Shown: positions 59,325 to 64,000 of the stretch, in pieces
How positions within the stretch are numbered: the stretch's first letter is position 1
How the letters are laid out: each line of letters begins with the position of its first letter
From: Eubacteriales bacterium
Lineage (GTDB): Bacteria; Bacillota; Clostridia; Oscillospirales; SIG627
Direction: 5' to 3'
Length of the DNA stretch: 64,000 bases
Assembly (NCBI GenBank): GCA_045536965.1
Contig: JAZSON010000019.1
Coordinates: forward strand, 7,393 to 71,392
Notes under the pieces: model-generated
The model's input: the letters and a program-made list of their open reading frames with translations, nothing else
The model's database searches: none
Told to the model about the DNA's origin: nothing
Position numbers and translations under genes: made by a program

Positions 59325-62300
59325 TCATTCATCATCGGATGCATCATCCGATTCATCGTAGACGGAATCATCATCGTAATCCTCGTCATCATCGCAATCT
59401 TCGTCATCGTCATGCACGACGCCTTCTTCGTCGTCATACATGGGATTTTCGGCATCATACTCACCGTGCGCGTTGCCAAGTTCTTCCATATTGAATTCTT
59501 TGGCACCGTAGGTTTCTTCTTCCGAGGTTTTCTTGAGTTGAATTTCGTTTCCGTTGGCATCCAAGACCTGCATATTCAAGCCGAGAGACTGCAATTCTTT
59601 GATAAGCACCTTGAAAGATTCGGGAACACCCGGTGTCGGGATATTCTGACCCTTCACGATGGCTTCGAAGGTCTTAACACGACCGATAACGTCGTCCGAC
59701 TTGACAGTCAAGATTTCCTGCAACGTATAAGCAGCACCATAAGCCTCGAGCGCCCAAACTTCCATTTCGCCGAAGCGCTGTCCACCAAATTGCGCTTTAC
59801 CGCCCAAAGGTTGCTGGGTGACCAGCGAGTAAGGACCGGTAGAACGGGCATGAATCTTATCGTCAACCAAGTGGTGCAATTTCAAGAAGTACATGATACC
59901 AACGGTAACGGGGTTGTCAAACGGAACGCCTGTGCGGCCATCGTACAAAACGGTCTTACCGTCTCTGCGAAGTCCCGCCTGCTCCAAACAGTTGGCAATA
60001 TCATCTTCATTGGCGCCGTCAAATACAGGCGTCATGATCTTGATGCCCATTTTCTTAGCAGCAATACCCAAGTGTACTTCAAGAACCTGTCCGATGTTCA
60101 TACGGGAAGGAACGCCCAACGGGTTCAAAACGATGTCAAGGGGTGTGCCATCGGGCAAGAAAGGCATATCTTCAGGGGGCAAAATACGAGAAATAACACC
60201 CTTGTTACCGTGACGACCTGCCATTTTATCGCCGACAGAGATCTTACGCTTCTGCGCCACATACACACTGACCACGCGATTGACTCCCGGAGGAAGCTCG
60301 TCGCCGTTTTCACGCGAGAAGTTGCGGACATCGACAACGATACCGCTTTCGCCGTGAGGCAAACGCAGAGAGGTATCGCGGACTTCGCGGGCTTTTTCAC
60401 CGAAAATGGCGCGGAGAAGTCTTTCTTCTGCAGTCAGTTCGGTTTCACCCTTCGGGGTGACCTTACCGACAAGAATATCACCTGCACGGACTTCTGCACC
60501 CTTGCGGATGATACCGTCCATGGTCAGATCCTTCAAAGCATCGTCGCCGACACCGGGGATCTCACGGGTAATCTCTTCGGGCCCGAGTTTGGTATCTCTG
60601 GCTTCGTGGGAATATTCTTCGATGTGAATCGAAGTGTAAACGTCCTCGCGGACAAGACGCTCGTTGATCAAAACAGCGTCTTCATAGTTATAACCTTCCC
60701 AGGTCATGAAGCCGATCAATACATTCTTACCGAGCGCCATCTCACCGTTGGAAGTAGAAGGACCGTCGGCAATCACTTGACCCTCGGTGACTCTTTCGCC
60801 AACCGATACGATGGGTCTTTGGTTGATACAAGTACCTTGGTTGGTACGTTTGAACTTAATAAGATGATAGGTTTCCTTGCGACCGTCATCGGCGGCAATG
60901 GTGATGTAATCGGCGCAAACGGTTTCAACAACACCGTTCAAGCGGCTGAGAACACAAACACCCGAGTCAACGGCAACCTTGTATTCCATACCCGTACCGA
61001 CAATCGGAGAATCGGTAGTCATCAGCGGCACTGCCTGCTTCTGCATGTTCGAACCCATCAGAGCACGGGAGTTATCGTCGTTTTCAAGGAAGGGGATAAG
61101 AGCGGTGGCAACCGACACAACCATCTTGGGCGAAACGTCCATGTAGTCGATATCTTTGCGCTCAACTTCAAGGATTTCTTCGCGGCGGCGGGCGGTAACC
61201 TTGGCATTGACGAAACGGTTGTTTTCATCCAAGGGTTCGTTTGCCTGCGCAACGGTATATTCGTCTTCAACATCGGCGGTCATGTACTCAATAACATCGG
61301 TAACAACACCCGTTTCCTTGTCCACCTTGCGGTAAGGCGCTTCGATAAAGCCGAAGGGCGAAATGCGCGCATAAGTAGAAAGATAGGAAATCAAACCGAT
61401 GTTTGGTCCTTCAGGGGTTTCGATGGGACACATTCTGCCGTACTGGGTGTAGTGAACGTCACGCACCTCGAAAGATGCACGGTCACGCGACAAACCGCCG
61501 GGGCCGAGAGCCGACAGACGGCGTTTGTGGGTCAGTTCGGACAGGGGGTTGTTTTGGTCCATGAATTGAGATAAAGGCGAAGAACCAAAGAACTCCTTGA
61601 CGGCCGAAACGATGGGACGGATGTTGATAAGTGCTTGCGGAGTGACCGAGTCAATGTCTTGAATGGTCATGCGCTCCTTGACAATCTTGTCCATACGGAG
61701 GAAACCGATGCGGAGCTGGTTTTGCAAAAGCTCGCCCACCGAACGCAAACGGCGGTTGCCGAGATGGTCGATGTCATCCTCCACGCCGATGCCATCGGCG
61801 AGACAGACAAAATAGTTAATCGAAGCAAAAATATCTTCTTCGGTGATATGCTTGGGAATCAGGTCGTTCTTTCTTTCCTTCATGGCTTCAAGCATGGCCT
61901 CACGGTTCTCGCAGGAGGCGATCAACTCACGAAGCACTTTGCCCGATACCATTTCGGTGATACCCGCATCTGCTACATCGTAGCCAAGGATAAGATCGGC
62001 ATGAACCATGCCGTTGGAGAAGACTTTACGAACCTTGCCGCTCTCACCGTACACAGAGACAATGTCGATACCCGCTTCTTCAATGGCCGTAGCCAAATCG
62101 CGGCTCAAAATCTGACCCGCTTCAGCAATCAATTCGCCGGTGAAAGTGGAGATGGCATCCTCGGCCAACTTCTTGCCCGCAATGCGGCGAGAAAGGGCCA
62201 ATTTCTTGTTAAATTTATATCTGCCGACGGCCGAAATGTCGTAACGGCGCGCATCAAAAAAGAGATTGTTCAAAAGTTGCTTGGCAGATTCCACCAAAGG

Positions 62301-63059
62301 AGGATCGCCGGGACGCAACTTACAATAGATTTCTTTGAGAGCTTCCTCGTAAAGAGTAGAACGATTCTTTTCAGCAAGCTCCGCCATGGCATCCTTGCCC
62401 ATGGTGTTGGTCAGCATTTCGCAATCGCCGAACATTTTGACAATTTCGGCATCCTCAGATACACCGAGAGCACGAATCAGAACCGTTACGGGGATCTTTC
62501 TGTTTTTATCAATACGCACATACAGGACATCGTTGATATCCGACTCATACTCAAGCCACGCGCCGCGGAAAGGAATAACGGTAGCCGAATACAGCTTTTT
62601 ACCTGTCTTGTCAATTTCCGATTCGTAATAGATACCGGGGGAACGAACGATCTGGGAAACAATGACACGTTCGGCACCGTTGATCACAAAGGTACCGTTT
62701 TCGGTCATCATGGGGAAGTCACCCATGAAAATTTCCTGTTCTTTGATCTCACCCGTCAGACGATTGGTCAGACGGACGCGCACTTTCAAAGGAACCGCAT
62801 AGTTCACGTCACGCTCTTTGCACTCCTCCACAGGGTACTTGGGCGTGTTCTCCACCTTGTAATCCACGAAATCGATCGACAAATTACCCGAATAGTCCAC
62901 GATGGGCGAAACGTCGTCCAACACTTCCTTCAGACCTTCGGTCAAAAACCACTCGAAGGATTTCTTCTGAACCTCGATCAGGTTTGGCATTTCCAGCATT
63001 TCGTTGATCTTCGAAAAGCTCATGCGAACGTTCTTGCCAAGCGTTTGAGGCTTCATCAT
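59325..63059 (-). CDS. rpoB: RNA polymerase beta subunit
   Basis: [31 protein letters not shown] and [11 protein letters not shown] motifs. Start is approximate. Confidence 0.99.
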   Translation of the reverse strand: MMKPQTLGKNVRMSFSKINEMLEMPNLIEVQKKSFEWFLTEGLKEVLDDVSPIVDYSGNLSIDFVDYKVENTPKYPVEECKERDVNYAVPLKVRVRLTNRLTGEIKEQEIFMGDFPMMTENGTFVINGAERVIVSQIVRSPGIYYESEIDKTGKKLYSATVIPFRGAWLEYESDINDVLYVRIDKNRKIPVTVLIRALGVSEDAEIVKMFGDCEMLTNTMGKDAMAELAEKNRSTLYEEALKEIYCKLRPGDPPLVESAKQLLNNLFFDARRYDISAVGRYKFNKKLALSRRIAGKKLAEDAISTFTGELIAEAGQILSRDLATAIEEAGIDIVSVYGESGKVRKVFSNGMVHADLILGYDVADAGITEMVSGKVLRELIASCENREAMLEAMKERKNDLIPKHITEEDIFASINYFVCLADGIGVEDDIDHLGNRRLRSVGELLQNQLRIGFLRMDKIVKERMTIQDIDSVTPQALINIRPIVSAVKEFFGSSPLSQFMDQNNPLSELTHKRRLSALGPGGLSRDRASFEVRDVHYTQYGRMCPIETPEGPNIGLISYLSTYARISPFGFIEAPYRKVDKETGVVTDVIEYMTADVEDEYTVAQANEPLDENNRFVNAKVTARRREEILEVERKDIDYMDVSPKMVVSVATALIPFLENDDNSRALMGSNMQKQAVPLMTTDSPIVGTGMEYKVAVDSGVCVLSRLNGVVETVCADYITIAADDGRKETYHLIKFKRTNQGTCINQRPIVSVGERVTEGQVIADGPSTSNGEMALGKNVLIGFMTWEGYNYEDAVLINERLVREDVYTSIHIEEYSHEARDTKLGPEEITREIPGVGDDALKDLTMDGIIRKGAEVRAGDILVGKVTPKGETELTAEERLLRAIFGEKAREVRDTSLRLPHGESGIVVDVRNFSRENGDELPPGVNRVVSVYVAQKRKISVGDKMAGRHGNKGVISRILPPEDMPFLPDGTPLDIVLNPLGVPSRMNIGQVLEVHLGIAAKKMGIKIMTPVFDGANEDDIANCLEQAGLRRDGKTVLYDGRTGVPFDNPVTVGIMYFLKLHHLVDDKIHARSTGPYSLVTQQPLGGKAQFGGQRFGEMEVWALEAYGAAYTLQEILTVKSDDVIGRVKTFEAIVKGQNIPTPGVPESFKVLIKELQSLGLNMQVLDANGNEIQLKKTSEEETYGAKEFNMEELGNAHGEYDAENPMYDDEEGVVHDDDEDCDDDEDYDDDSVYDESDDASDDE

Positions 63060-63223
63060 AGATATTTCAACTCCATTCCTTTTTTGCGTAGTCAATTTGA
63101 ATTTTCCCTTGATTCTCCCGTTTTTTCGCGTTTTTTATAACAAAAAATCTTCTTTATTTTTGGAAAAAACTTCCAAAAAAATAGGATATAAGGGCAAGTT
63201 TAACCATTATGATGCAGTTTATT

Positions 63224-63252
63224 ATAATATCACGGTTGTCAAGGCTTGTCAA
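63224..63252 (-). promoter_or_regulatory. Probable sigma-A promoter of rpoBC
   Basis: Minus strand TTGACA-17 nt-TATTAT with TG extension. Confidence 0.55.
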
Positions 63253-63350
63253 GAGTGTTTTGACATATTTTTTATAAATTTCGCATTTTTCTTTTGGAAT
63301 ACTTTCAAGGTATCCGCGCACCCGAGTTTTTACAGCGAAAAAAGAACAAG

Positions 63351-63377
63351 AAAAACGACGGAAAAATCCGTCGTTTT
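63351..63377 (-). terminator. Terminator after murA
   Basis: AAAACGACGGA-tttt-TCCGTCGTTTTT. Confidence 0.8.
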
Positions 63378-63402
63378 ATATTCCATATTGTATTTACAGG
63401 GT

Positions 63403-64000
63403 TTAAACACCTGTTTGATAGAGAACGTTGTCGGGGATGGTCACCGCTTTGATGTCGGCACCAACCGCCTGCAATTTTTCCACGATGCCCTCGTATCCGC
63501 GGTAAATGTGATACACCTCGTGGATCTCACTTCTGCCCTCTGCGGCAAGAGCAGCAATGATCATGGCGGCGCCTGCCCGCAAATCCACCGCGCGCACGGG
63601 AGCGGGAGAATAGGCATCGACACCCTCTACAATGGCAACTCTGCCATCCACTTTAATACGGGCGCCCATTCGCTTCAATTCCTCTACATAGCGGAAACGG
63701 CTGTCCCAAACTCCTTCGGTCATGGTGCTTGTTCCCTGCGCCAAGGCAAGAAGAACACACATTTGAGGGTTCATATCGGTGGGAAACCCCGGATACGGCA
63801 GGGTATGTACATGAATATTCTGCAAGGGCTTTTCGCGGCTGACCACAACCGCCTCATCCTCTTCCTCAACCGTTACGCCCATTTCAACCAGCTTGGCGGT
63901 CACGGAATCCAAATGCTTGGGAATGACGTTGCTCACTCGAATACGGCTCCCGGGAATAGCGGCGGCAAGGCACATATATGTACCCGCTTCGATCATATCG
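63403..64000 (-). CDS. murA: UDP-N-acetylglucosamine 1-carboxyvinyltransferase, 3' part (truncated by window edge)
   Basis: IEAGT, PYPGFPTDM, RFRYVEEL, DLRAGAA and RGYE motifs. Confidence 0.95.
   Translation of the reverse strand, partial: DMIEAGTYMCLAAAIPGSRIRVSNVIPKHLDSVTAKLVEMGVTVEEEDEAVVVSREKPLQNIHVHTLPYPGFPTDMNPQMCVLLALAQGTSTMTEGVWDSRFRYVEELKRMGARIKVDGRVAIVEGVDAYSPAPVRAVDLRAGAAMIIAALAAEGRSEIHEVYHIYRGYEGIVEKLQAVGADIKAVTIPDNVLYQTGV

Noticed and set aside
61560..61600. RpoB SSPLSQ (Pro for Gln) in the rifampicin cluster as acquired resistance
   Set aside because: Core rifampicin-contact residues (Q, D, H, S) are intact. I recall this variant as a lineage trait in related Clostridia.
50890..63140. 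Long plus-strand ORFs (855, 645, 720 and 501 aa)
   Set aside because: Antisense shadows of tuf/fusA/rpoC/rpoB caused by codon bias.

Overview
Chromosomal window from a Bacillota/Clostridia bacterium, probably Oscillospirales-like and spore-forming. It is mostly housekeeping DNA: pcrA, the rpmH-rnpA-yidD-yidC-jag-mnmE-mnmG-rsmG operon, dinB, an aspartate kinase, guaB, rpoBC, rpsL-rpsG-fusA-tuf and a partial murA. I saw no rRNA, tRNA, CRISPR array, integrase or transposase. The main accessory feature is a tightly coupled four-gene unit at 7708-17838. It comprises a Shango-type anti-phage triad (TerB_N/TerB_C protein, DUF2791 ATPase, Lhr-like helicase) followed 18 nt later by a 1675-aa DUF4011/SF1-helicase/REase (Hhe-like) protein. 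That ORF is intact, but the catalytic motifs of its protease-like, helicase and nuclease modules all appear eroded, so it is a candidate pseudo-enzyme partner of Shango. Other points: the rpmH operon has no adjacent dnaA/oriC; two paralogous ~1370-aa cell-wall proteins with a VATGD anchor flank an FMN riboswitch-ribU unit; two near-consensus sigma-E promoters occur, one paired with an RBS-occluding hairpin; and dinB is coupled to a small ORF under a promoter carrying a possible non-canonical operator. All family assignments come from motif recognition by eye, not from database searches.
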